In this document: positions 53,526 to 63,735 of the stretch, piece after piece | Position numbering within the stretch: the first letter of the stretch is position 1 | How the letters are laid out: each line of letters begins with the position of its first letter | Source of the DNA: Naegleria gruberi | Lineage: Eukaryota | Direction: 5' to 3' (one strand) | Length of the DNA: 64,000 nucleotides | Assembly: GCA_000004985.1 (NCBI GenBank) | Contig: GG738933.1 | Program-made: the position numbers and the translations under genes | Notes under the pieces: generated by a model | What the model was told of the DNA's origin: nothing | Seen by the model: the letters and a program-made list of their open reading frames with translations, nothing else | Database searches by the model: none

Positions 53526-54608
53526 CTAATATAGAAAGTTGGGATTGAAGACGCCAGGTAAAAGAGATGAACAGTACATGACCGGAGTTATGTCATGATC
53601 TCTTTCGAATAGATGATCTTTCCATAGAGAGTGAATATTCTCAACAATTCGTCTAGTTTCTCCATCTTTTTCATTTTCTGGAATAGTTTGCAATCCAATC
53701 GAAACACCAAAGTCTCTGAAACCTAATCTTCTTCTAGTACTCTTAATCGTGCTTTCGAATATCTCTTCAATATTAGAAATGGCAACTTTTCTCATATGAT
53801 TCGCCCAATCTTCATCAGGAAACCAACTGGTCAACCAAAGAGTTTCTCCCAAATCCAGAGGATCCGAACTCTGATACATTAAATACTTTCCCATCACCAT
53901 TCCCTTCATTTCTTCAATTTCTCTATTCAAAACACTTCCATCCACATTCTTTCCTTCTTTTAATTGCTGGTTGACCAATTGTAAAAGTCTATAAGTAACA
54001 TAACCATCATACGGATCCAAATTTCCTTCAGATCTCACAACTGGTCTCGAGCCATCAATGGAAATCTTCCAGAACATCCTCAATCCACGTGAAGAACTAT
54101 GATTGATAAACTTGTTATGCATGGATTGAGCCATTTCAATTGCCCATTCATTGTATTTCACATCTCGAGTGATTAGTGACGTTCTGTTGAGGGCAAACAT
54201 CCATTTGGTGAGATAGTGAAAGTATTGACCATCGCCATCTTCGTCATCTTCATCGGCTTCCTTGCCAATTCGTAAACCTCCCAACAGGGGATGTTCAGCA
54301 TTGGATTTTCCTTTCGAATAATTTAGTAGATTAGTTATTAGAAACTGCATGTACTTACCCAAATAATGTTGCAATGAACGATCCTTTCCAAGAACTTGAT
54401 GCACCTCTTCAATAAGTGCCTTAGCTTGTTCCAAATACGAATCTTGACCACTTTCCACATGCAACGAAAGGAAATTACAAACTGCAAACGCATCAGTCCA
54501 CAAGTATCGAGTTTGTGTTTCAGATTTCAATGGTTTGGGTTTGTAGTGTGCTCCACTGAAATTGCCATACACTTGTTCCATCACTTCAATGCATTTATCT
54601 TTTAACAT
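53526..54608 (-). CDS. Hypothetical 360-aa protein, possibly an (alpha/alpha)-barrel type enzyme.
   Basis: Long ORF with an ATG start; YLWTDAFAV and W-rich segments; no confident family assignment. Confidence 0.45.
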   Translation of the reverse strand: MLKDKCIEVMEQVYGNFSGAHYKPKPLKSETQTRYLWTDAFAVCNFLSLHVESGQDSYLEQAKALIEEVHQVLGKDRSLQHYLGKYMQFLITNLLNYSKGKSNAEHPLLGGLRIGKEADEDDEDGDGQYFHYLTKWMFALNRTSLITRDVKYNEWAIEMAQSMHNKFINHSSSRGLRMFWKISIDGSRPVVRSEGNLDPYDGYVTYRLLQLVNQQLKEGKNVDGSVLNREIEEMKGMVMGKYLMYQSSDPLDLGETLWLTSWFPDEDWANHMRKVAISNIEEIFESTIKSTRRRLGFRDFGVSIGLQTIPENEKDGETRRIVENIHSLWKDHLFERDHDITPVMYCSSLLPGVFNPNFLY

Positions 54609-54967
54609 TTTTTTTTTGAGAGTTGTTGTTTTTGATTTTGGAGAATTAGTAGAATTGCTTTAAAAGGAAATTTATAAAATATCAAATTACTTGATTTGGT
54701 AGAGTCTACAATTAGAATGAGAATATCAAAACCCAGTTTGTTTAAGGGTCCCTAGAGAGCGACGCTTATCTTCCTCACTTTAATGAATTTATCAAGTGTT
54801 GACAGAATTTCTTTAAATGTCAGTTATTTTTTTTGACAATTATGGAGAATCTTATGAGCTATGATATTCTTATTATGAAATACATAATATTGCTCATTAA
54901 AGAACTTGAGATTTTTGTAACCAAGTTCACAGTCAACTCAAAAACAAAAATTATCAAAAAAAAAAAA

Positions 54968-56152
54968 ATGCTCAAAATCTACCACCACGATCACGCCAAC
55001 GATAGATCATCAACCAATCACCAAGAACCCTTTCATATTGTAAATACGAACACTTGCAAAACCATTAACATTCCCAATTTTGAGAGAATTAAAAAAGTTG
55101 TAATCAATCAGACAAGTGTACATGTCCTATCGGAGAGTGGTCAGGTTTATATTTTTAAAGATGGTTTTGATAGTAGTAGTAGCAGTAGTAACATAACAAT
55201 TCAAGTTCCTTATCTTCTCGACACTACAACAAATGGAAAATTATTGATTGAAGATGTTTCGACATTTTCGGAGGGATCAACACTTTATTTGGTTCGTGAT
55301 GAGATGAATAATACATTTCTCTATGGAAGTGGCAGTACGGCCTATGATTGTTTTGGAGGTAATCGTCAGTGTATGAATGAGGATGGTACGGAGAAATTTA
55401 CTCTCCTTTACACTCCTCCGACCGTAAATGGATACAGACATCAAATTACACATATTGCATCATGTTATTCCTTTACAATAATCGTTTTGGATTACTGTGA
55501 TATTAGAATTTCAGGTCAGGATTGGGTGAATTCTGTTCACACGGTAATGGGTTGGCATGTAAGCCAGTTTTATTGTGAAAAGAAAATTAAGAAAATTGAA
55601 TGTGGAAGCTTTCAATTTTTTGTAATATTTGAAGATGATACTGTAATGTTTTGTGGAGATAATGGAAGTAATCAGATGCCACATACTGAAGGTACCGCAC
55701 ATTTTTCTGTGGATTATGAAATGAAAATTTCTGAAGCTTTTGGAGGATACGATTGCTCGGTAGTGAGATTTGCAAACACTACTCCAACTTATGAGAATTA
55801 CATGTTATATGGAAGTGCAATGCTGGAATATAAGAATTTGAAACAGTTTTTGAGCTGTTATCCAAAATTTTCTGAATCCAATTCAGACAATGCAAAGATT
55901 AGATATATTAAGGATATATTCTTTATTGAATTCAATGGCTTATTTTATGCGATAAGCAATAGTCATAATATGAGATTTGTGGTGGATGCTTCAAAAGAAT
56001 TTGATGGAATTCCTGGAAACAATTATCAAATTACTGCACATTCAAGTACAGTTGTTTTTTACAAAACATTTTCAGCAGTCATTTATCCCAAGTTAGCTAC
56101 TTATCTTAGAAATCAATCAATACTCACTGATTGCTATTTTCAGTTTGAATGA
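54968..56152 (+). CDS. RCC1-like repeat protein. The start was placed at the ATG after the A14 tract; the track's upstream extension merely translates the A-run.
   Basis: HVLSESGQVYIF, LYGSGSTAYDCFGG and FCGDNGSNQMPH are RCC1-blade-like. Confidence 0.45.
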   Translation: MLKIYHHDHANDRSSTNHQEPFHIVNTNTCKTINIPNFERIKKVVINQTSVHVLSESGQVYIFKDGFDSSSSSSNITIQVPYLLDTTTNGKLLIEDVSTFSEGSTLYLVRDEMNNTFLYGSGSTAYDCFGGNRQCMNEDGTEKFTLLYTPPTVNGYRHQITHIASCYSFTIIVLDYCDIRISGQDWVNSVHTVMGWHVSQFYCEKKIKKIECGSFQFFVIFEDDTVMFCGDNGSNQMPHTEGTAHFSVDYEMKISEAFGGYDCSVVRFANTTPTYENYMLYGSAMLEYKNLKQFLSCYPKFSESNSDNAKIRYIKDIFFIEFNGLFYAISNSHNMRFVVDASKEFDGIPGNNYQITAHSSTVVFYKTFSAVIYPKLATYLRNQSILTDCYFQFE

Positions 56153-56417
56153 TTTGTTATGTGAATATTGCAATCATGTCTTTAATTATGAATACTAATG
56201 AAACACTCTATTTCATGTGGAAAAACCCTTTCTTCTTGCAGCATCCAATACCTGTGTAATGGTTTCCACTTTAAGTACATATTTAATTCAATTTTATTAA
56301 TTAAGTATTTAATTGGCAGTTTATGTTAATTGCCATGTAGAATTGTTCAACTCAGCTTTCCAATCATCAGGAGTGAATTGGCTTCCAATTAAACATTGCA
56401 ATAATTCACCAAAAAAA

Positions 56418-56888
56418 ATGCAAGCCCTCATTCCTTTCGATAGATCTGCAAAGCAATTTACCAGCGAATTTCCTTCCCAGTTTTCAAGCATTCTCGCTCC
56501 AGAGACCTTCGACTCACACTTGGAACAAATTAATAAGTGTGCCATAAAACATGTTGGGCCAATTACAATTCAAACAATATCGGTTTCCACCCTCGTGACA
56601 ATTAATTCTCTCGCTTTGATGGCTGCTGTTAGTGGTTTTTCTACCTTGAAGAAGTATGATACTTCACAACCAATTTTGGTCGGTTCTCTATTGGCAATAG
56701 GTATTTCCTTGCTTTTAATTGCTCACTCTATTGCTCTCATTTTAATGTCAATTAAATATAAACAAGAATTGAGAAGTGTTTTACAGAGATTATCTCAAGA
56801 GTCTGATGTTACTTATGTATTAGAGAATTCATGGTTTTCCCAAAAGATTAGAATGGAAGGAAATCAATATTCAGCTCATGAAGTTTAG
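56418..56888 (+). CDS. Small membrane protein with two TM helices.
   Basis: ATG after an A8 run; hydrophobic ISVSTLVTINSLALMAAVSGF and ILVGSLLAIGISLLLIAHSIALILM. Confidence 0.45.
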   Translation: MQALIPFDRSAKQFTSEFPSQFSSILAPETFDSHLEQINKCAIKHVGPITIQTISVSTLVTINSLALMAAVSGFSTLKKYDTSQPILVGSLLAIGISLLLIAHSIALILMSIKYKQELRSVLQRLSQESDVTYVLENSWFSQKIRMEGNQYSAHEV

Positions 56889-56960
56889 AAACAATAAAAT
56901 AACAATTAAAAGAATATAAAATCAAAAATATAGAATTTCTATAATGTAATATTTAATAAT

Positions 56961-59894
56961 TTACTTAATTTGGTAGAGTCTCCAATCGATTAAAGTACTT
57001 GTGTTGATTGAATGCCAGATCCACTCAGAAGAAACTACATTGACTTGTGGATTTTCTGAAACAAGTTTGGCAATCTCTGGTGTAATTCTCGATGATGATG
57101 TGATAATATGAGTGATATCATCACTAAATGATGATTCTACAATTCCATCAAATGCAATAATATATCTAGTGTGCATCTTGAGAGCAGGAACATCCTTATG
57201 AATGTACATGACCATATCAGTGAATAAATCACACAATGAAGTAAGTTCTGGTGGTGCAGTGAGAGAGGAGCTTTCTGCTTTCACTATTGTTGGTTTAACA
57301 AGTTGAGCCTTCTTGGTAGGATAATGATATGGTAATGTATCAACCAAATATCCTTTGGTGGCACATTCAAAGACCCAATATTTGGTAACAATGAGAGATC
57401 CAAGATTGAAACAATGTTTAAAATCTTCAGTTTCTGATTCACAAATGAGGTGAGTATTTGCATTTCCAATAATGTTCCAATTATTTGTTACACTTCCTCC
57501 ATTGTTGGTGATAAACTTGCTAATTGCCTCCTTCTCAGAATTGCTGTAACCAGAAATTAAAGCAACAACATTTCTGAAAAAAGTGTTATTGCTGGAACTA
57601 TCTTGCTCTTCAACTTTGATTGATGTTTGTGAAGATGATTTGGTCATCTTATTTGTTGATGTTGTTGGAGCATTATCATCAGATGTATCCATCTTATGAG
57701 ATGAATCTGAGGCAGCAGCCGAGTTATCAGTTGTAGGTCTATTAGCCAACTTATTTTTTGATTCATTAACTCTATCCTTATCATCTCTATCCTTTGTATA
57801 GATGAAAACAGCAAATCCCTTGTTTGAAAGATTTTCCTTCAAAAGTTGTTCAACTCTATTCCAATCCAAACCAGAAATGGCGTGATGCAATCTATATAAA
57901 TGGAATGTACCAATCTTTTTTTGATTCATGTAGGTAGCACATTTCTTTAAACATTCATCCAAAGCATGATAGTCAACTTTTGGTGCAGATCCTTTCTTGA
58001 CAAATTGAAGACATACCATATTACATAAATGATTTGGTAATGCTACAACAATTTGAGCATCACCAATTATGTTCATATCATCAGTGTAAGCCTTCTTAAT
58101 ATCTTCACCATACAAGAGTTCAATATTTCCCATTGATCCTTTATCTGACCATCTACTAGAGTCATCTACACAATGTGAAATTAGTTTTTCTTCCTTATTC
58201 ATTGGCATTTTCATAAAATCACCATAAATGTAATAGATTTGTTCTGGAGTAGAAGAGTTATTAATAGTATCAATATCAGATAATTTGATACCAATAGTTG
58301 ACTTTTTAGCTTTCTTTGCTTTTGGATCATCATCATCATCAGAATTATCTGAGGATTTTGATTTTTTCTTATCATTAGGCTTTTTAGCTGACTTTTTATC
58401 ATCCTCATCATCTTCATCATCTGAGGAATTTATCTTCTTCTTTCTTGAATTTTTCTTTTTCTTTGAGCTTGAATCTGATTCATCATCTTCATCATCAGAT
58501 TTTGACTTTTTAGCTCTGGAACGTTTCTTTTTATCTTTTACATCTACACTTTCATCAGAATCATCTCCTGCATCTCCATCTCCAAAAATAGGTACTAAAC
58601 CTTTTCTATTACTTTCATTTTTCAATTTGATAATTTCTTGATAATTGGTATGATCTAAAACATCCTTATCATCTCTAATTTTTGTAACTCTAGGGAATCT
58701 GACAGAAATTGGTCTGTCTTTTCTTGAGGAAACTGAAAATTCAGCTCCTTGAATTTCCCAAACAACACTCTTTTTTGGATCTTTAACAATAAAATCAGGT
58801 ACAAGAGCATTAGTATGAATATCAATATCATCTGGAACCAATGAAGGATCCTTACTGATTCTTTTCATATTTGATTTCAATTCTTCATTCAATGTTTCAA
58901 TAGTTTGATCATCGTGTCCGTTACCACATTTACAAATAATTCTCCACTTTCCTAATTTCTTGTCAAAAGAACCCATCATGAATACAGACATTAAACCACC
59001 TTTACTACCTGTACCAAGATAAGCTCCTAGAACAACAAGATCTACACTATCTGCCATACCTTTCAAGTAATCTTTTTTCATTTTAAGCCAATGTCTAGCA
59101 TTAGGTTCATATGGAGAACATAAATCTTTTAACTAATATGTAAAATTGTTAATAAAAAAATTAATAATAAATTTGAAAATAATACATACCACTAAACCTT
59201 CTTCACCCTTCTTAATCATTGCACTCATTTCAGCAGAAACAATAGCTTCTCTTGTTTGTTTTGAACCCTTTACAACCAAATATTCACCTAACATTACTCT
59301 ATGTTTGATTGGATTTACAATTTTAGTCATTAATGCCTTTCTCTTATATAAAGGAACTGAAAGGAGTGATTTACCATTATAATACAATATATCAAATAAA
59401 AATATAGTTGTTACAGCATCTTTGTGATCTTGTCTAACATTTTTACCAAGTGTACCAAATGGAAGAATCTTATTTGTCTTTGTATCCATCATTAAAATTT
59501 CACCATCTAAAATTACAGATTCAACCTTTTCCTTAATAGCTTTAGAAATATACTTTTTTACAGATTTGATCTTATACTCTTGAACATCTTTCAAATTTCT
59601 ACTAAAATATTTGATTTCATCATTTTTTCTATCATAGTGAATTTGAATTCTTTCACCATCATATTTAAGTTCAGAATAAAAACCATTTGGACAACGAGCA
59701 ATAACATCATCATAAGTCTTACTTGGACGAGCAAGCATTGGTTTGACAGGATGGAAAAGTTTCATCTTGGTTGATATTTTAATCTTCTTAGGAGCCTTCT
59801 TATTCTTCTTTTTCTTTTTAGAATCATCCTCTGATTCTTCATCTACAAGTTCATCATCCCATGATGAAGATGTCACCAAAACAGATAAATCCAA
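56961..59894 (-). CDS. ATP-dependent DNA ligase with an adenylation (NTase) domain, OB domain, acidic/Lys-rich linker, TARG1-like macro domain and two BRCT domains. Intron 59133..59189. No DNA-binding domain is encoded upstream; the first in-frame ATG is at 59765 and the open frame continues to 59894 without an ATG.
   Basis: KPMLA; motif I ELKYDGERIQIH; motif IV EGLVVK; motif V DLVVLGAYLGTGSKGG; motif VI ISVRFPRVTKIRDDKD. Macro domain GDFMKMP...LISHCVDDSSRW..GSMGNIE...HHAISGLDWNRVEQLLKE, compared with TARG1 GDLF...LAHCISEDCRMGAGIA...IGCGLDRLQWENV. BRCTs VALISGYSNSEKEAISKFITNNGG...W and LFTDMVMYIH....W. Confidence 0.8.
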
Positions 59895-60187
59895 TGTAGG
59901 TTGTATTTAAATCAATTAATTAACTTTTCAAAAGGATGTTCGACATCCAAACAATTTGATTGTGGAAGTATACAAACATGATGATCCTAATGTTTTCAAA
60001 TTATTGGAAGAAAATACGAAGAGAGAGAACAAGCCTTCCTCTACAATTAAAATTGACTGGGATAAATTCAAGTTTGTTCCAAATAATAATTCAATTCCCA
60101 AAAATCAAAACAAGATGAAGAGAAATATTAAATAAATCAAATAATATTAATTCACTGCACTATTGATTTACTCAACCCAACTAAAAA

Positions 60188-61645
60188 ATGACCAGTAAGC
60201 AATCCTCCAATCCGTTGATGAAAGAATACAAGCTCTTTGTAAATGCCAAGGCTAAGAACTTGCTTATAGAAGGTGTCTTGTATTCACTGGATCCATCAGT
60301 TCCGATACAGGTTACAAAAGTAAGTTTAAAGAGTTTGAAAGTATTAATATGTTGAAGGTTGGTTCCAAGAAGAAGTCTTCTCCAATTGAAAAGAAGGAGG
60401 GAAAGTCATCAAGAGAGAATAGATCAGGTAAGGCATCCTCAAGCAGGAGAAATCAAAAAGAAGAAGAGGAATTATCCATTGAGGAGGAAGATGATGTATT
60501 CTCTGAGGAAGATGAGATCATTTCAAGCAAATTAGGTAAAGTTTCCAAGAAGAAGCCCTCTTCAGGTAGTAAGGAGGTAAGTTTCATTTTTGAGGGAGCC
60601 TCAATTATTGTTTTTCATTTTTGTGATAAGAGATTGAATGGTATAGGTAAGGTGTCTGAGAAGAAGCCCTCTTCAGGTAGTAAGGAGGTAAGTTTTATTT
60701 TTGAGGGAGCCTCAATTATTGTTTTTCATCCATGTTGATGAAGAAGAAGAAGAAGAAGACCATTGCCCCAAGTAATGTTCCTCCTTCTAGTAAGACCTCT
60801 ATTAAGAGAAAGGTAAGTTATCATTTGATTGGTATATAAATTAACCGTGCTAGAATCAACAAGAAGGTGAATTGGCCAAGGAAGGGAGTGATGGCATCCA
60901 ATTTGACTCTGAAGAATCAGAGCCATCACAAAAGAAGAAAAAGAAGGATGGTGAATTAGAGGATTGGAGGAAGGACAAGGTAAGTTGTACATTGTTGATC
61001 ATTTGTTAAAATAACACAACTCCCAAGAGATTAACTTCTCTGAAAGCAAAGCTACTGGAATCTATGCATCACTTTCCAACCATTAAAGAGATTTCAAATT
61101 TCTTATTGAAGGAGCGTCCTACTGGTTTGGCAGACATTTTTTTGGGCTCATTGAAGGTGGTGGATGGGTTAGCATCACTTCACATCATGATGCAAAACCT
61201 CTCATATTTGAGACTCTTCATGGATTTGGGAGACCAGTACTTTAAGAGTACTTTGCACGGCAAGAAGGGAGATTTTATAAGGGAGCATTGCCCTCACATG
61301 AATCCCACAAAAGCAGTGAAGGTTTTGTTTTTAGGCATGTTGTTAGATAGATTTCCACTGTTGCTGCCAGTATCCCTCGATTACTCCCTGTTCGGATCTG
61401 AGAAGATGGTGAAGAATATTACCATCTACTTTTTGGAACAAAACTTTGGGAGGGAAGAGTCTGGCAAGTTTTGGAATGAATTGAAAAAAGCTGTTGTGAG
61501 CTCAAGTTCTGAAAATCGTTCTGAAAATCCAGTTGGTTCTGCATCGGATGGCACTACTGATATTCCTCCAATTATTGAGGATGATGAGATTGATATTGAT
61601 TGGGAAGATCTCAACATGTTGGATGACATGGAACAAGAAGAATAA
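60188..61645 (+). CDS. Lys/Glu/Ser-rich nuclear-type protein with a conserved acidic-tailed C-terminal domain. At least 6 exons, for example 60188..60319, 60358..60577 and 60647..60688, with a terminal exon ending at 61645. Family not identified.
   Basis: Series of GTAAGT donors with in-frame junctions. C-terminal exon LLESMHHFPTIKEISNFLL...IDIDWEDLNMLDDMEQEE. Confidence 0.55.
60535..60729 (+). repeat. Tandem duplication, about 112-bp period, of a 42-nt micro-exon plus the start of its intron (units 60535..60618 and 60647..60729).
   Basis: ggtaa[ag]gt[tg]tc[ct]?agaagaagccctcttcaggtagtaaggaggtaagttt[ct]atttttgagggagcctcaattattgtttttcat occurs twice. Confidence 0.7.
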
Positions 61646-61788
61646 TTACTTTGTTGTTCTTCGTTTTGTTGAGATACTTCATTGTATAAATTATTATCTT
61701 GTGTAGTCTTTCGCTTTCTTCCTCCAGAGTTTCTATCTTGTGTGGAAGACTTCCGTTTATTTCCTGTCATAATTTTAAAAAATGTTTA

Positions 61789-62892
61789 TTAAATAAAGTC
61801 AATAATATTTTGTTCAAATTGAAATTTTTGTTCAAGATTATTTGAAAATAAATTGATAATATTTGTCAAGTTTTGTACTAATAACTTTTTTAAAGTTATT
61901 GGATATAAAACTAAAATTGGAAACTTAACAATTAAATATCCAATTTGGCTCTCGTTTTTGTAATTACCATATTGTTTACCATCAAAGCCTGCTTCTTCAA
62001 AAGCTTTCTTTTTCTTACCATGATCTAGAGACTTAATTTTCGTAAATAAAATATAAAGTAATATATATCTTGCATTAGTTAAAATATTCATATTATCATC
62101 CATTGTGTTTGAAAATTCTCTAATAATGTCAGTACAATTCTGACGAGTCATAGTTAATATCTTTTGTTTGACTGAATGAATATTAATGCTTTTAAGTGAT
62201 GCTATTTTGTTAACAATATCTTCAAAAGTAATTGTTTCCTTGTTAATATCTTGGATTAGATTATAATAGTATTGTTCATATTCTGGTTTCTTATTTGCTT
62301 TAGAATTATTAAATTCTTGAATTAACTCTTCTGCATCTACATCTGATGTCCAAGAATTTTCACTTTCTGGAAAATCCTTCCATTTGACCAAATAATTAGT
62401 TTTTCCATTAATATCTTTTGAATCTAAAATTTTTTCAATTTCATATACATCCACAGGTTCACTATTAGTATTCTTTTGCTTCTTTCTTCTATTAGTAGAA
62501 TATTTCTTCTTTTTTGCGACTCTTGGTTTTTCATTTTTACTCTTTTCACTATTGTCATCAACTTGTTGTTCATTATTTTCAGCTTTCTTTTTATCATCGT
62601 CATCAAATTTCTCTTCATCTTCATCAACTTTTGGTTCACTATTTTTATCTTTCTTTTTATCATTCTCATCAAATTTCTCTTCATCTTCATCAACTTTTGG
62701 TTCATTTTCATCAATTTTGTTGTTATGATCATTTTTTCTTTTCTTGTTGTTATTATTAGTACACAAGTAGATTACATCATCATTACATTGATAATTTTGT
62801 TTAAAGCAAATCTTTTTTTCGATACCTCGGAATGAAATTATTATTTCTTCATCGGAATCCATAGGACAGACTGTTGTTGTTTTTGGAGGCAT
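61789..62892 (-). CDS. Chromodomain protein. The start was placed at MPPKTTT (62892); the track's extension to 62943 translates an A/T run.
   Basis: Chromo motif EPVDVYEIEKILDSKDINGKTNYLVKWKDFPESENSWTSDVD; acidic/Lys-rich N-terminal half containing a 22-aa tandem repeat. Confidence 0.65.
   Translation of the reverse strand: MPPKTTTVCPMDSDEEIIISFRGIEKKICFKQNYQCNDDVIYLCTNNNNKKRKNDHNNKIDENEPKVDEDEEKFDENDKKKDKNSEPKVDEDEEKFDDDDKKKAENNEQQVDDNSEKSKNEKPRVAKKKKYSTNRRKKQKNTNSEPVDVYEIEKILDSKDINGKTNYLVKWKDFPESENSWTSDVDAEELIQEFNNSKANKKPEYEQYYYNLIQDINKETITFEDIVNKIASLKSINIHSVKQKILTMTRQNCTDIIREFSNTMDDNMNILTNARYILLYILFTKIKSLDHGKKKKAFEEAGFDGKQYGNYKNESQIGYLIVKFPILVLYPITLKKLLVQNLTNIINLFSNNLEQKFQFEQNIIDFI
62594..62710. 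repeat. Tandem duplication of about 66 bp inside the chromodomain coding region (EPKVDEDEEKFD.DDKKK twice).
   Basis: tcatcaaatttctcttcatcttcatcaacttttggttcac repeated at 66-bp spacing. Confidence 0.5.
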
Positions 62893-63082
62893 TTTTTTTA
62901 AAAAATTTTTTAAAAAATTATTAAAAAATTTTATGCCGGGCATAAAAATATTTTATTAAAAAATTAAAAAATCTAAATGGAAAAAAATTACTAACTATAC
63001 GTTTTTAACATTCACTTTATTTTGTAATTTACAAGGAAACTATTATTTTTCTAACCGTGCAACAGTTGCAGAACAGTTCCAC

Positions 63083-63577
63083 TTATTTAGAGTGCTCCTT
63101 TATCATCTTTTGAACGTCTTTTCTTGAATAATACTTTCCATCTTCGAAATGAGTACTGGAAATTGTAATTTTGCAAGCTATTTCTTCTTGTTCAAGATCT
63201 CTTGGCGATCTAATACAGTCCAACACTGTTCTAAAGTAAGAAAGAGTTTCATTTTTATCATTCCCCTTCTTTCTGAAAATCATTTCTATTCTTCCAATCA
63301 GTAAATTCATCTTAAATGAACAGAATGAACGGAAATATGCGACCTTATGACCATTGACATTCACTTCCATGTGATCAGCAGAAACCTTGTCTTCTGATAT
63401 CAACGGTCTATTGGTAAACTGACACTTTAACTTGTTTGACTCAACCAGTTGAGCCAACTTGGAATTGTCATACTTTGGTGCCATTTCCTGATTACTGTTC
63501 TTCTTGGGAAAAAACGTGACCTCGATTCCATGTGAATTTGCTAATTGATTTTTGTTGTAACATTTATCGTGATCCAC
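63083..63577 (-). CDS. Hypothetical small protein. The track start is GTG; the first ATG gives about 134 aa (MAPKYDNSKL...).
   Basis: Open frame with a coding-like composition; no family recognised. Confidence 0.35.
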   Translation of the reverse strand: MDHDKCYNKNQLANSHGIEVTFFPKKNSNQEMAPKYDNSKLAQLVESNKLKCQFTNRPLISEDKVSADHMEVNVNGHKVAYFRSFCSFKMNLLIGRIEMIFRKKGNDKNETLSYFRTVLDCIRSPRDLEQEEIACKITISSTHFEDGKYYSRKDVQKMIKEHSK

Positions 63578-63657
63578 TCATGCAAAAAAAAACAAACAAT
63601 AACATGATTCACCTTAATGAATCCAACAACAATCATCAATACATTCATTGTATTGAA

Positions 63658-63673
63658 TTTCACTTGAGTGAAA
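63658..63673. promoter_or_regulatory. 16-bp palindrome TTTCACTTGAGTGAAA about 60 nt downstream of the DNA-binding-fragment stop; a possible hairpin or binding site.
   Basis: Perfect 7-bp arms with a 2-nt spacer. Confidence 0.3.
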
Positions 63674-63735
63674 CATTTCAAGGCTTTGAAATTTTGAAGG
63701 CTGATTTTATTATTTTACAAAATTTTGAATTATCA

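Noticed and set aside
61426-61770. Minus-strand 114-aa Lys/Arg/Ser-rich ORF
   Set aside because: It overlaps antisense to the well-supported acidic C-terminus of the plus-strand gene ending at 61645, and begins only 18 nt after the chromodomain gene stop. It is likely spurious.
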